Assembly: GCF_052425735.1 (NCBI RefSeq)
Contig: NC_135763.1
Location: forward strand, 558,001-622,000
Reading direction: 5' to 3'
Origin: Oculina patagonica
Lineage: Eukaryota
Length of the DNA: 64,000 nt
In this document: positions 1 to 13,417 of the stretch, piece after piece
Position numbering within the stretch: the first letter of the stretch is position 1
Layout: each line of letters opens with the position of its first letter
Notes under the pieces: generated by a model
The model's input: the letters and a program-made list of their open reading frames with translations, nothing else
Databases searched by the model: none
Told to the model about the DNA's origin: nothing
Position numbers and translations under genes: made by a program

Positions 1-61
1 GTACTACAGTGCAGGTCTGGTGTTATTCTCTATCTTAATTAACCAATCAGAAATGAAGTTC

Positions 62-211
62 AGGGCCCAGTTGTTCGAAGGGTGGATAACGCTATCCGCC
101 GGATAAATCGCTATCCAGTGGATAAATGCTAACAAAACAAACCACGCTATCCACTGGATAGTGATTTATCCGGTGAATAGCATTATCCACCCTTCAAACA
201 ACTGAGCCCAG
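62..211. mobile_element. Palindromic MITE
   Basis: GGCCCAGTTGTTCGAAGGGTGGATAA...TTATCCACCCTTCAAACAACTGAGCC; inverted along its whole length. Confidence 0.85.
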
Positions 212-639
212 GTCTCTGAAATGTGAATCTAAGATGCCTCTCTTAGGGGTTTAGAAGCCGATGCCTTTCTTCAGCAAGGCTTGAAAAAAAAGCTTGAATT
301 CCAGCTTGCCCTAGGGACAAGCAGCTCTCAAATTTTTCTTGCCGCAGTCAGTTGCATGTTTGTCTAGCTAATACACAATTTTTTTTTATGATTCAGTCAG
401 CTGATGACTTGCAAGTGCCTGGGCCCTTGCCCATCAGGTACCGTAAGTGAGTATGAAAAGTCACTTGCCCAGCAGGAAAATCCACTTGTCCCGGCTAAGT
501 GAGCAGGACTTTTTTTGAGCCCTAATCTGGTGTCTATTTGCTGAAACTGAAACTTTCCTGGGAATAATCTTCCTCTAAAGGAGGAGAAATATAGATAATG
601 ACTAATCAAGGGTTGGGGCCAGCAGAAAGTGTTACACAC

Positions 640-2260
640 CTTTTCTAATTTCTTAAGATCCATTGGTTTAAATATGAAGTCCTCATAATCTGGGTGTTCT
701 TCCAGTGAAATTGGCTCCATGTATTCCTTGGCCTGAAGGAGAAGGACACTCATCTAAGTTGTTTAAAGTTTTACAGACATTTCGGTTTGCAGTATATTGC
801 TGGCTAGAATAAAAAATTTAACAAAATCATGAAGTGAACAATTAAGTTTTGTTCTAACTATGTGCGTGAATAATGACCCTATCTTCAGGGAAATCAATTA
901 AGCTTAATCTTTACGTTCATACTTTAAAGAAATATATACAAGCGAAAGTTGACACAGACACAGAGGTATAGAAACCCAAATGTCAGACCCAACGGGCACG
1001 CCCAACAGAACAAGCCCTGCCTTCTGGTCAAGCTGCTGAAAATAACTTAACATAACTTAATATTTTCTGTGGCTAAGGCAGCCCTGATTGTATGTATGTA
1101 CAAAGTACCTTTTCTTTCATTCTTTCAAGTGTAAACTTGAGAAGTTTTACAAGTTGGTCAGGAGTCTTGTTTGACATTAGCGCAGGTAACTTCTGTGGCT
1201 ATAAACACAATTAGCAATATGCTATCAGCAACAAAATAAAACGTAATTTGTAAAAGGCAATAATAATTATTAATTTCTCACAAGAACAAAAATCTTTCCT
1301 ATATATAGATCTAGGTGCTTCAATGGATTATCTGACTGCCTGAAAACTAAGATCAGCTACCAGACAGATTATTCCTGTCGTATAATTTTGTCTAAAATAC
1401 ACAAATTTAAATTTAAACACATATTAATCTGTCTCGGACAGATATAATAATACCTGGTAATATAAATCAACTTTTAAAGGGTAAACACATGACAGTAAAA
1501 AACTGAAAAACCAGTGGCCCTCTGTATATATAATACATTTAAGAACTAAAAAATAATAGTTAAAATCTAAGAATCTAAAATTACAAATGTTAGTTAAAAA
1601 TACGCTATATGACATTGGTATAAATCTACTAACTGCCTAACCAATTCTCCTGCACAAAATATAAAAAATATAACTTATTACCTGGCAAGATGGGCATTTC
1701 CATTTTCCATTAGTTACAGTACCAGAATGCGCACACTTTCTGTGAAATACGCGTGGGCAGTGATCACATGCAATAACTTCCCCTGCTTTATGACAATCCC
1801 AGCAATACCAATCATGAGTGTTTGATGTTAGCCTTTTCTTTTGTGCTTCTATTTCATCCTATTGAAGAAAAAATACAATTTTTATATAGAAGAACTGCTA
1901 AATCACCCGCAGGAAATGGGGTTTTCAAGGTGCAGGTAACTGGGAAAAAGAGGGAACAATTTGATGACATTAAACAAAAATTTTACATTTATATAAAAGG
2001 CACCAACTGGAGGAAACTACAAAGGAAGGGGTGCACACCAGGCATAAATGATACAGTGAGGAGGAAGTTTGGACCCCACACCCCCTCTACCCCCTACTTT
2101 CTTTCTACAAAATTATTTGAGGCCCTTCCATTTTATACACATTTATATACTAAGCACATTCTTTTCTTAGTTCTAAACACTGATTGAACTTAAACTGTTG
2201 AAAAACAGTGATTTTCTTAATATTAAAGGACTTTTTCGAAATGAGATTTTTTTTTTTTAA

Positions 2261-2315
<55 letters not shown>

Positions 2316-2359
2316 CTTTTTTTTTTAAAAAATTTTTTTAAATAATTTTAAAAAATGGA

Positions 2360-2390
<31 letters not shown>

Positions 2391-5149
2391 CTTTTTTTTT
2401 TTTATTAAATTTTTTTTTTTTTTTTTTTCGCCGCAGGCCTTTTTGTTTTTTTAAACAGTACTAGGGGCGGATGTGGAATAGTAAATGCGAGACTTTGCGA
2501 GACTGATATTTTTTCTGCAAGCCCGAGACCTTTTTTAGCCTTGCAAAAAAAAAATGAGACTCAGAGAAGGCGTCAAAGAAAAATTCAAGACGACAAGACC
2601 CCTTAAATTTGGTTAAAATTTTGTGAGACATTTTTTAAAGGACCATTCACCACCCCTAGTACTGTACTCTTGAGCAACACACTTTACTCTGCCAGTGCCA
2701 GTCTTATTACTCAGGAGTATAAATGGATTACTAACCGGAGTAAATTACCAGGAATTATTTCTGTCAGTAAATGGTTTGAACCAAGGAGTATCAGTAGACT
2801 AAGTTCATATCATGTGATTGCCCGGATGTGAATAGTCCTAAAAAGACTGTTTTGGCGACATGTTTCAACAACCTAAGAAGAGGAGTCAAGGAGATGAATT
2901 CTGCTCAGAATGCCAAAACATAAATCACCAAATAAAAGTCCTTTTCAGGACTTCTCTCATCTGATCGCTCACCAGAACTAATATGCCTATATGCATTACA
3001 AATTAATTATTACTAAGACAGATGACCTGACAAACGTGCAGGGAGTAACGATCAGTAACGACTAATAATTTCCCCATTAGGGAGCGTCAGAAGATCTTTT
3101 CAGTCAAGTCATTTTACATTGCAAATGCCTAAAAACATACTTGAACCTTTTAAGATAATAAACATTTCTTTTTCCCAGAAGACAGCAACACTCAAGACTT
3201 TTTTCTTACTCTATTACACAGTGCCAACGTCTCGAAAATAAATCAAACATTACATGAACAAAGTGATCATTTTATCGTGTAACGTGAAAAAAGTTCAATC
3301 ATGCGGTACAGATATACCACTTGATAAATATTCAAGCCCCCCGCATTGTGTTGGCAGTAGACTTGAAGTCTGATAGGAAGTTAGGCTAAATTGGCAGTCA
3401 CGGTGACGGTCTACCACAAAGAGTAGTATAGCATCTTCTACAGCAAATAGACTTAAGTTTTGTTTTTAAGGCTCCATAAGATTATTAAGGCAAAACCAAG
3501 ATTAATCAGGGTGGCAGGTTAAAATCCAGCCAAACAACATTAATTTTATAATTTTAAAATCTTGAACTATTCTGAACGGGCACAAGGAAGTGCTGATTGT
3601 TGTAAAGAAGAAGTAAGTTTCATTTCTCCAATGCAAAGAAACCAGCTGAGAATTGGAAATATATCTTGTTCTTGATCACGACAATAAAAAGGTGAGAAAT
3701 GTAAATGAATACGGTGCTGGTTGTTCTAAACAATACAAGTTTAACAAAGCCATTAATTGTTTCTTCATATTTTAAAATGATCAGAAAGCCAAACAAGTGC
3801 GGATTAGTGAATTTACTTAACATAACAAATGAACGTCGATCCTTTGTCAAATTTTACTCTTTCTTTTAGTAATACAAGCACTATATATTATAACACTGTA
3901 GAAATCATAAAAGGACTAGGCAAGAAGAATAATTATCTAAAATACCAATCTTTCAGTTTTGGTTTTATACATCAAACGTCTTCCGTTTCTGCTGGTTATT
4001 CAGAAGCTTAAAATATAACAAATTTATTACTAACTGTTCGATCATAAAGGAAAAATATGCAAATGAACCTAACAGCCGTAACGAATAAGCAAATTAAACC
4101 TGTGCATCCAAAATGAGCGAGCACAACACGCATTTGGCTATGTGATGTTATAAACCAAAACTGGGGAATGATTTTACCGCATATCACGCAAGCGAAACCT
4201 TCCATGTTTAGAAATGAACACGAACGCTCCTTGATTTTAGTTTAGCGATGCTTATAAAGTCATACACTTGCTAATTGAACGGCAAAAGGGTTAAGGTGAC
4301 CACAAATACCAATAAATATTCATACAAAAGCTTCAATAACGTGGAATATAACAAAGCTCATCTGCATGATAGAACGGAAAGGAAAGCCGAATTCGCCGGA
4401 ATCGCAAATACCAAATATCTCTTGCAACCAACTATTTTCTCGTTGGGGAGCAACTATTTACAACAACAAAAAGCTTGAATGTTACCAATACACATAAGAG
4501 CTCGATCAATGGAGTTTTTGTATTTTTTCGTGTTATGAATATTCTTGTTTTGTTAAAATCACAATTTGCATCGTCGGGTCAGGGTGAGTCGAAATCATTG
4601 AAGTGTATCTGCCTAAACAGAAATACTTCACCCTCCTAAAATAGCCATAAATACGTTCAGTTAAAGATTCTTACCATATCTTGCCTTTCCCTGTCGGCAA
4701 AATGAGTTAGAGATCGACCAAGTCGGCGAAACGCCCCCGCTTTAGTAAGCTTATAATACATAAACAATTAGAAGCCGTCTAAGAAGTCGCGGACATCACT
4801 TCCTGCGCCACTAGCGAGCGCGTGTTGTAAATCATGAAAATAATTCACAACCAAAACTACTCACATCATCTTCGCCGTCTTTCCGAAGAATCCTATAAGC
4901 GGTTTGAGGGATTCCTTTTGTACTTCCGTGACTAGAAAATGTAGTGACTTGAAGAATCAAGCCATCTTTAACCGCAAACTTTAACTGCTTCACTATCTCG
5001 GCTTTACTCCAATCAAATTCTTGTAGAACCGATCGCACAATCCTGCCTTCGTTCGGGCACTGTTTCTGAGCGGATATTTTTACGATGGCTTCCTTCAGCG
5101 CAAGAACGTAGAAAGGATCAGAGTGTCTTCTGACGGAAAACTTTGCCAT
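640..5149 (-). CDS. ZMYND11: ZMYND11/BS69-like chromatin reader (SAMD1-like winged helix, PHD, start of bromodomain); 3' end lies beyond the window start
   Basis: Exons 5149-4865 (MAKFSVRRHSD...KQLKFAVKDGLI...), 1858-1682 (PHD: HDWYCWDCHKAGEVIACDHCPRVFHRKC...WKCPSC), 1198-1109 and 732-640 (AKEYMEPISLEEHPDYEDFIFKPMDL, bromodomain). All introns are GT-AG, phase 0. The N-terminus resembles the ZMYND11 winged-helix region; ZMYND8 is a less likely alternative. Confidence 0.85.
2247..2428. repeat. Poly-T/A low-complexity tract, probably low-quality sequence
   Basis: Long T runs interrupted by short A runs. Confidence 0.8.
2461..2659. mobile_element. Small TIR element
   Basis: Ends CTAGGGG...CCCCTAG, each flanked by AGTA(CT). 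Confidence 0.55.
2805..2975. mobile_element. Degenerate Penelope-like pseudo-LTR remnant
   Basis: The left end TGATTGCCCGGATGTGAATAGTCCTAAAAAGACT is inverted relative to the right end AGTCCTTTTCAGGACTTCTCTCATCTGATC. Family assignment is from recalled resemblance only. Confidence 0.35.
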
Positions 5150-6535
5150 CCCAAGCACACAGCCACTTTGTTTCCATACAATGTGTCATCGGGAAACACA
5201 TAGGATTATGAATATTTCGCGGGCCCTCTCCCGTCAAATACGCATGCTTTTCGAAGCCTATCGAACTGCGCGAACGAATCCACGATCTCCTTCCGATGAC
5301 GTAACGGAAAAACACCGGAAATTGAACTTGTGTTGTATTGAAACAGATCACGCAATTTTTAAAGGGAAACAAGATAACATCGGTCTTTTCTACGCGTTTT
5401 TCCTTTTTTCACGAAATCGAAGAAATAAGTTTATAATCTGAAATATATTTTTTGAATCTGCATTTAATTCTCAGAAACTAGAAGATAATAATATCTGCGC
5501 GAATCTTTTTTTTTTTTTTCGTTGCCGTAGAAACAAACTTCGAGTTGCCTTCAATGTGACCTTGTTTCGCAAGCGCTTCGTGAAACACGATGAATGATGA
5601 CTCATTTTACTTCCTGTTCTTGGCTTTTAACACTTCCTGCCTACTGCATTGGTAAAGTGCCAGCAACAACCTACATCACACCGTAAAGTCCCGATTTGAA
5701 ACCCAACGCTATACATTTTTTTTTGTGGTTTTGAGAGGTCAGTTATATGTGCTTCCATCAAACGGTAGAAAAGAATGTTATATTCAGTGATAAGTAAACC
5801 GCACTCACCATGGATTACGATACCAGACTGAGAAACGAACAACGGATACCCCGGGGTGGGTGGGGTCAAGGATGATGGGGAGGGGAAGTGATGAATTGTT
5901 TGGTAACGGCTTTAGATTTGAGAATAAAATTGATCATTGGATTCAACAGGCCAGCGTGTTTCTCTTGCTTCCGTAAAAGAATTCGACAGTGTTACTCTAA
6001 TGTGTTTACAATTGAGGATGGACAGCCGATTTAACTTCCTGCTCTTTGTCATCGGCCGCTTATTTAGTTTGTGATCCAGATTTTCCGGTTCGATCATTGT
6101 CAAATTTGTGCACGTGCCTTCGTCTATAAGAAGGCAAAGCTTTGTTAACCTTCTTTCCTTTATACCGCGTAGAGTAATTTAGCAACAGAACGGCAACATT
6201 CGAAGACGGGAGAGCACGCGGAATAGACCGGAACCGACTCTATTTCGACTTCCGGTGTATTGCTACGTGCACAGGGCCCACCCGTGCACAGCATGATCAA
6301 TGTAAACACACGGCCGTGTATAGCTCATTGTTTTTGGTTCAAAGCAGGGCTTTCTACATTTGCTTTGAGAAAAAAACAAAAATCACATGAGGGGTAAGGA
6401 TGAATAAATTATTCCCGGAGTAAAGTATTGAAATTCATCCATTCAGACCATGCACGACGCCTTTCAATCGTTTATCAATATTATTTATATGTCAATTTCA
6501 GCAGTGCCCATTCCCCGAGCATTCAGGGGCATCTG

Positions 6536-6707
6536 TTGCCTAGTTTCTGTACGGCTTTTTTCCCAGGCCTTAACGGTATTACTGAAGTCACTACTCGTTA
6601 TGGTGACGTATCCGGGACGAACGGCCGGGGGCCTCACTTTTTCGCTCGGACCACGTAACCCGAAACGAGTTGACCGCGACGAAAATAGAGGCCTAGGAAC
6701 TAGGCAA
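6536..6707 (+). mobile_element. MITE, copy 1 (TTGCCTAGTT TIR)
   Basis: TIR TTGCCTAGTT...AACTAGGCAA. A near-identical inverted copy is at 38144-38290. Confidence 0.85.
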
Positions 6708-7335
6708 GGGCATCTGCACACCTTTAATCCTGAGGGTGGACCATTTGAAATTTTATCACTGCTGAGTGCTCGGGTGCTGGGCATTTGCCTACTTCTGGGA
6801 CAAGCTCTGGATATCTGGCCAAAACAGCTAGTAAAACAATAAAACACACACACACTGTAGAACAAATTTTATTTCCCTGTTGCTCCCTAACAGCTGATGC
6901 AATTTTATGTCAATAGACAACCAGACTAAGATTTGAGACTAAAATTTAAGATTAATAAACAAAGGAGATTTACAACTTAAACTAATCAGCTGGTCTTATT
7001 TACAAACGTATTTACATTAATAACAGTGAACACCAGAAGATTAGAGACAATAAATGGAAGAAAGAAAAATGTTGGCTAGATGGTATCATATTACATAAAG
7101 CAAAGGTTTTTCAGATTTGATATCTCATGCTACATATGTTGACTCTAATGTTATCATAAGAAGACTAGACAAGGTAAAAAAGAACGGAGGTCCTGACGAT
7201 CATTTAGAAAACAGTCACTTGTTAATTGTTTATGATCAATAATGCAGCACCTCCATAAAAACCAGTGCTGGTTTGAAATGAGAAATAGTTGGAAGTGGAC
7301 GATGATGATTCCTCTGAGCCAGCTCAGGAACAATT

Positions 7336-10300
7336 CTATGAAACATCTGAAAAAAAAAAGGCAGAAAACAAATCAATGAAACTAATATGAGTTGAGGTGA
7401 GGAAGTTGTCCAAATAATGATTAAAACTAAGCTGGAAATGATAAGGCATTGGACTGTACTATGAAAACTACACATCACTGCAATGTCCCAAACAGAAAAG
7501 ACAGTTCCACACACTGTCAGGTTTACTTTGCACTTACATGCAACCAATTTCCTCGCTGACATTTTTTGAGCTCAATTACCAAATATTTAAAAGTTCTGAG
7601 TTCAATGTATGGCATTTGAAGTTGCCCCCTTTATGGAAGAATAGAAGGAATGAGTAATTTGGCAAACACTTCTACAACAGGGAGAGCATCGAAACAAATA
7701 CTACTTCTATCTGTAGTCTATAAAACTGCAATTTAATTTCTGTTGAAATCCAATTTTGATGAACTGTTCTCAAAGAGAAATTTATATTAAACATCAGGCA
7801 GTCATTTGGCCATAAATTAAGAACACTATTTTGTTCTGCTTAACAGTAGGTTGTGTAGATTGTTGATTTTATGCTTACATGTTGGTGGTGTCTCATGAAA
7901 TCTTCTCTGGACCTGATCATAGTTGAATTTTACAAATGCGTCATATTGTTCTAGGAAAAAACAACAAAAAAACATAATTGTAAATTATATAACTTTAATA
8001 TTCTATTATACATTTTTCAAGTTATAGACAAACTAATCTAAAAAGACCCAGGAGTACATGTAAATTATTTCATGAAATTAAGTAAAGAAAATTAATACTT
8101 TTTTGTTCACAAGTGTAAGTTATGAACACAGGGCAAACTGTGTTAATATGTACAGCTCATATTTCTTTCAAACTGCAGTTGAATCCCTATAACTCGAACC
8201 TTCAAAGGAAATCTAAAAAGGTTCAAGATAAGGGGAGTTCAAGTTATCAAGGGTAAAGCTAATAAGAAAAAGACCTGGAGGGGTATCAAGAGAGGTTTGA
8301 GTTACTGAGGGTTTGGGTTATCGAGATTCAACTGTACTACAGTGTATGAGGGTTTCCAAAACTCTGTGGTGGCAAGAAAAGAAGGCTTTCTATCCCTTTT
8401 ATAAAACAGAAATTATAGGCTTCTTTGTTTTCCACAGATGCAGAGTATGGTGAATGGAGTTCAACTAATCACAGTGTGCAGTATTAGAAACAAACTCGAA
8501 TGTGTATGTAGGCATGGAGCATATTTTCACTGAGTTTTGTATTTATAAAGTTCATAGCATGTTGGTTATTCAGAAAAACAACAAAGATATCAAACATACA
8601 TGCAGTAGTTTCATTTTATGCCTTTTAAGCTTTATCTTACTCAGCATATTTCATACTTTTGTGTATTTTAATACTACCAGAGTATTGCACATTTTTTAAT
8701 GCAAATCAGGCCATCTGATTTCATTCACAGTAAGTATCCCAAAACTTTTATTGGTATATTGAACAGTGGGTTGTTATATGTGGTGGTACATTTCAATGCT
8801 CCAAACTTTTTATTTATTTATTTTTAAATTTCAGTTGATTTCAGTTTACTTTGGCCGCCCCCTTTGCGAAGTTCGTTGGGAAATTGGAAACTTTGTTAAG
8901 AAGTTGGCAATTACGTTTTGAGTTCACCAATCAAATTGCGAACTTCAATACAAAGTTCCCAACCTCGACCCGAATAAACTTCGCAAGTTTGCTAGTTGAG
9001 GAGAAACAAGACATGCTGCTCGGAAGTCATGGCGATCTGAACTCAATAATTTTAAAGGAAACAAGGTCGTGGTGGGAATATCCCAGCGACTCTTACAGCT
9101 CAAGTTGAAAAATACTTGTTTGAACAACTATACTGACATCAATAAAAACCTTACATGTCTAGTTTCTCCTCAACTACCAAACTTGGGAAGTTCAGTTGGC
9201 CGAAGTTGGGAACTTTGTATCAAAGTTCGCAACTTGATTTACAAACTTGCAACATAATTGGCAACTTCATAATGAAGTTTCCAATTTCCCAATGAGCTTT
9301 GCGAAGAGGGCAGCCAAAGTAAACTGAAATCAACTGTAAAGGACAACTGAAACTCCCATTAAAAGAAATTGAAAAGTATCAGTTCCTTTCTCAAAATACT
9401 GGAGAGAACACTGGTTTGCAGTTACAGAAACCTCTTTCATTAAGTAACCAAAGTCACGCACCTGCAAGTTTTTCTCTCAAGACCTTGTCATATTCCTCTG
9501 TTACTTGTGCTTCTCTTTCTTTTAGCATCCTTTCACAGATAAGGGTTACTTGTTTTAATGTGAAGAGGGGTTGATCTTTACGTGGAGGTGAAGATCCAGG
9601 TGAATACGAGGAGAAAGTGCTCATTTCTGGAGAGCTTGGTACTTTGAGATGCTTTCGTCTCTGTAGTCTTCTCCATTCTTGATGGATGTTGGCTGAAACT
9701 TGATCTAAAAAATAACAAAAATGTTAACATCTGCTTATAGTAGCAGTTAAATACTATCAAAATCACTAGAGTGGTAAAACCACCGTCACATGGACACTAC
9801 TCATTCATCAGGAAAGCCAACAAGAAGCTTCAAGAAACTCTCTGCTGCAAAACAGCATGGAACCCTTAAACATAAAAAAAAACGCTCCTTTTCTTTAAGG
9901 TTGGATACATCTCATGAGCTTCCTGACCTTGTTGCCTTGATAGACTCATTTTTGTTTATACAAATTCTGGAAAAACAATGTTTACATGGCCATGCCATGA
10001 AGTGACCATTAAAAATCACATAATCGCCGACAAGACGCTCGCAAACACCAACTACGTGACAATATTTTTTCAATCATGCGACGAGAATTGTGCTGCTGCC
10101 AGTTCAAATTCCTAAAGGAGGTTTGCATATTTTGTCGTGTACAAACTGAAGTAAACAAAACTTGTCGCATAAAAGCTTGTCAAGATAAAATTGCTCTCGT
10201 GTAATTAGCTTTTTGCCAGGAGATGTCAAAACCTTTCTGGGAAGCAGTTTTTTAATTTTATAATGTGCAGTTCCAGAAAAAATCCATACCCATCCATGGA

Positions 10301-11885
10301 AGGTCATTGGAAATTTTAAGGAGGTGGGGGTTCTCAAAAGCCAAAACTTTTAAAGGAAAGTATGGAGATCAACTGGAATTTCCAGAGGTGTGGGGGATTC
10401 AAACCAAAAACCTTCCTTAGGAGGGGTACATGGATATTTTCTGGAACAACACAATCACGACATATTCAAAGTGATGGTAACACTCTGAAGTACAGTATAA
10501 ATAGGTATTACAGAGAAAAAGACAAGCACATTGATTGTAATAGATAGCCAGTGATTCAACAATCGAGTTTGTTTCAATTTTACTTTCCAATTTTCAAACA
10601 TTACATGTACCGTATATCACATTTATCCAACCCAAATAATGCTAGCTAAAAATATATGAGAAACAGAAGGCTCCTTTAAATGTTTTAACAATTGCTTGGA
10701 CATAACACATCTTTAATTAAATAGAAAAGGGACTAATCAGCAACTGATTCATGTTGAAGATTTTCAACAGTTTTAAATATCAAGGTTTTCCATGGACGAC
10801 CTTTGATGGCTTTTCCTAAACAATAAGTAGGCATTCTTTTTCTCATGAGACATACACGCTTTCTAAATTGTTAGTTAAAAATATTTCTGGCCTAATTTGC
10901 ATTTCAATATGTATACAAGCAAAGGCTTTCAGCTGAAAGCAAACGGCCTTTTTGCACCATCAAACCACATGTTGTCTTTTGTCTGTAACGATCTTTTAAA
11001 GAAATATCGGAAGATGAACGCTTAAACCACGCTAGTCAAAGTCTGCTGACTTACAAAGAATGTTGTTCCTCCTACTATTTTCGTTTCAGTGATTACAAGA
11101 AATTTGTGAAATTTCTAAACGATGCTGCAACAATGTAGCAAAAAAATAGAAAAGCAATCTTGCCGGTTATCCAAGATCTATTTTCCTGGGTTTCATGCGT
11201 TTAAACTCATAAGGAAATTGGAGCCAATAAGTCGAACTCAGTAAGTTTCTCAAAAGCCCCTGAAGGAAATGTGCAACCTCACTTTTCATTATGGCGTCAC
11301 TGTGACGATCTATCGATGTGGTTCTTCAATAAGTAAAATTTTCAATTTTGAAAAACGCTCAGATTAAAGAAAGAAAGACATTATTAGCCATCTACAGCTG
11401 CCTCTTATTTTAAAAGCGTTGGCAATTTTAAACAATGAAGTAGCTTGATATAAGCCAAGTCGAACGGGAGCTTGAGTCAAGAAACAAAGACTTCAAGACG
11501 AATGATTTCTCGCCCACGTATGTCTGTTCAAAAGAAACAGACGTAAGACAAACTACTGTAGTCAAAGATACTCTGCATCAGACAAAAGCTAACTCTTTTC
11601 AAAGCACAAAAAAGGATATTGTCAGAGAACTGCGTGCACTGAAAGTTAAACGAAGCTACCTACGTAGTTCAACAAAACCTAAAATTGAAGTGCTAAAATT
11701 AAAATTACACAATTACCTTGCGATAACCTTGGAGCAACACCACGAAAATGAGACTCGGTTGTGACTGAAGGAGGTGGTGTTGACGGTTTTAGAGGAATAC
11801 ATCTTCTTCTCTTTGGTGAAGGTTGGTGTTGAGGTGTGAGAAGAGGATCAAACTCGTAAGACCTCTTAAGAGTAGCACAAGCCAT
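7336..11885 (-). CDS. AKIRIN: Akirin (164 aa)
   Basis: Exons 11885-11717 (MACATLKRSYEFDPL...PKRRRC NLS), 9704-9462 (EWRRLQRRK...QPLFTLKQVTLICERMLKERE), 7950-7879 (EQYDAFVKFNYDQVQRRF) and 7346-7336 (YVS*). Phases are consistent and the akirin N- and C-terminal motifs are present. Confidence 0.97.
8176..8333. mobile_element. Tc1/mariner-type MITE
   Basis: CAGTTGAATCCCTATAAC...GTTATCGAGATTCAACTG followed by TA. Confidence 0.75.
8832..9336. mobile_element. Foldback element (~505 bp) in Akirin intron 2
   Basis: CAGTTGATTTCAGTTTACTTTGGC...GCCAAAGTAAACTGAAATCAACTG, with imperfect inverted arms of about 200 bp. Confidence 0.85.
10264..10453. mobile_element. MITE
   Basis: TGTGCAGTTCCAGAAAAAATCCATACCC...TGGATATTTTCTGGAACAACACA. 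A partial copy is at about 30560-30614. Confidence 0.8.
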
Positions 11886-12767
11886 GTCGTTTACACTTGT
11901 AATTCGGCGAAAAATAAAGAAATAGACCACGTACAGGATAGATGAATAACTTGGCTCTTATTACAGCACCCAAGATTACTTCTACAGGTTCGATGCACTC
12001 AAGATGACTCGGATTTTTCTGCTAGAATCTTCTCAAAAGAACTCGATAACTAAAGATGGCGGCGATAGCAACTAAATTTGGCTGTGTTTTGAATTGTCGA
12101 CAATCGACCAATCAACGTGAAGCAAATCCAAGCTCAAATGTTGCCTCGATTCCAATGTGCAAAGTGACATAACTCTGGGTAGGAGAGAGGGTCTATTTAT
12201 TGTCGTCATAATCAAGTATCCCAGAAATCCTCAGTAGCGGAAGGAACGTCACAGAATCTCAGTTTAGACCCAGTTTCCACATAGTTGGTCCCCTCTACAA
12301 ACTATGGTTTCCAATATCCACAATGATAAATCACCCGATTGTTTCACTTTTAATTTTCCTTTCTTTTATTACTTGCTTACCATCGATCTGTTATAAAATA
12401 TATGAGTTATTGACCAAGCCTGTTTGGTCAAGTTCTTTTTTTTTTTGTGGACAGAGACGAAGTCGAGGTCCATAAACACCCCAAAAAAGAACGAGGCCAA
12501 TATCCCGCCATCTTGACCGAACAAGCTTGTCATATGGGCAAATAATTTACTGATGGGCAAAAGGGACTGGATTATGAGACCGCGAGAACGAGTCCTGTTT
12601 GTGACCCTTAGCGGGAGCCTGCTTGCAGACTACGACAATAACAACAACTTTGGCCAACTTTTCGGGAAAATGGCAGGCAATCCCGAGCGGGCAGGATAGG
12701 CCATCTTGTTCGCTCGGTTTACCTCATTTTGAATCCTCGCGGAGCTAGCCTTGTAATAAAATAGATT

Positions 12768-13417
12768 CATAGGCGTACGAGTACGAGGCGGGGGCGAGGA
12801 TGCCGAAAATTTTCGGGCAACAAGCCTAGAGAAAAAATGGAAAATAAGCCGACAAATCTCAACATTACGTTCAAAATGAATTACATCAACAGAAAAAGTA
12901 TTGGAAATATACCGAACTTTGTGGTTCAAAAGTCCAAATTTCTCATTCATTTGCTTTTGTTCCCTCTCGCAAATTGCTATAATCATGTTCGAGTTTTCTG
13001 GCAAATTCTGCGTGGCCCCTCAGTTTGATTCAGTTGCAATCAGCTTGAGCCTTTGCGTGCGGTGAATCCAGCTGTGATGTTTTTGACTTAAATGTTAACT
13101 TCTCAGGGCTAGCTCAAAACTTTCAACGAAATGTCTTAACCCATGCATTCATCCCCTGAATGTTTCACACGCTTTTGTATAACTTTCAAGTGGGGGAAAA
13201 ACAATATAAATTGGCTCAACCAGAATATTTTAATTTTTGTTGAACTAGAGGGAATGAATAAAAAAATTTCCGAAGAAAAAGGATTTAGCGCATTGTTGTT
13301 GTGCAGTGTCTAGTCCATCTTATATTCCTCTTTATTCGGCTTTCAACCCATGCCATTGTTTTTTTCGGACAATAAGGTCTCCACCCTCCCAGGTCCGAAG
13401 GTGCCCGTACGCCTATG
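12768..13417. mobile_element. Non-autonomous hAT-like element
   Basis: TIR CATAGGCGTACG...CGTACGCCTATG with an 8-bp TSD AATAGATT/AAAAGATT (7 of 8 match). Confidence 0.7.

Noticed and set aside
2247-2428. Long poly-T tract as a functional element
   Set aside because: It looks like a low-quality consensus. It also lowers trust in the single-base frameshifts elsewhere in the window.
6450-6865. Overlapping 126-130 aa ORFs
   Set aside because: They run through a GC-rich MITE (6536-6707) and show no protein motifs.
11160-11235. Intronic minus-strand peptide FPYEFKRMKPRK resembling akirin EWRRLQRRK
   Set aside because: Similarity is weak, no convincing splice sites were found, and the real exon is at 9704-9462.
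12630-13004. 124-aa ORF with akirin-like ICERE
   Set aside because: The matching part lies inside a hAT-like element and the match is only 4 residues.
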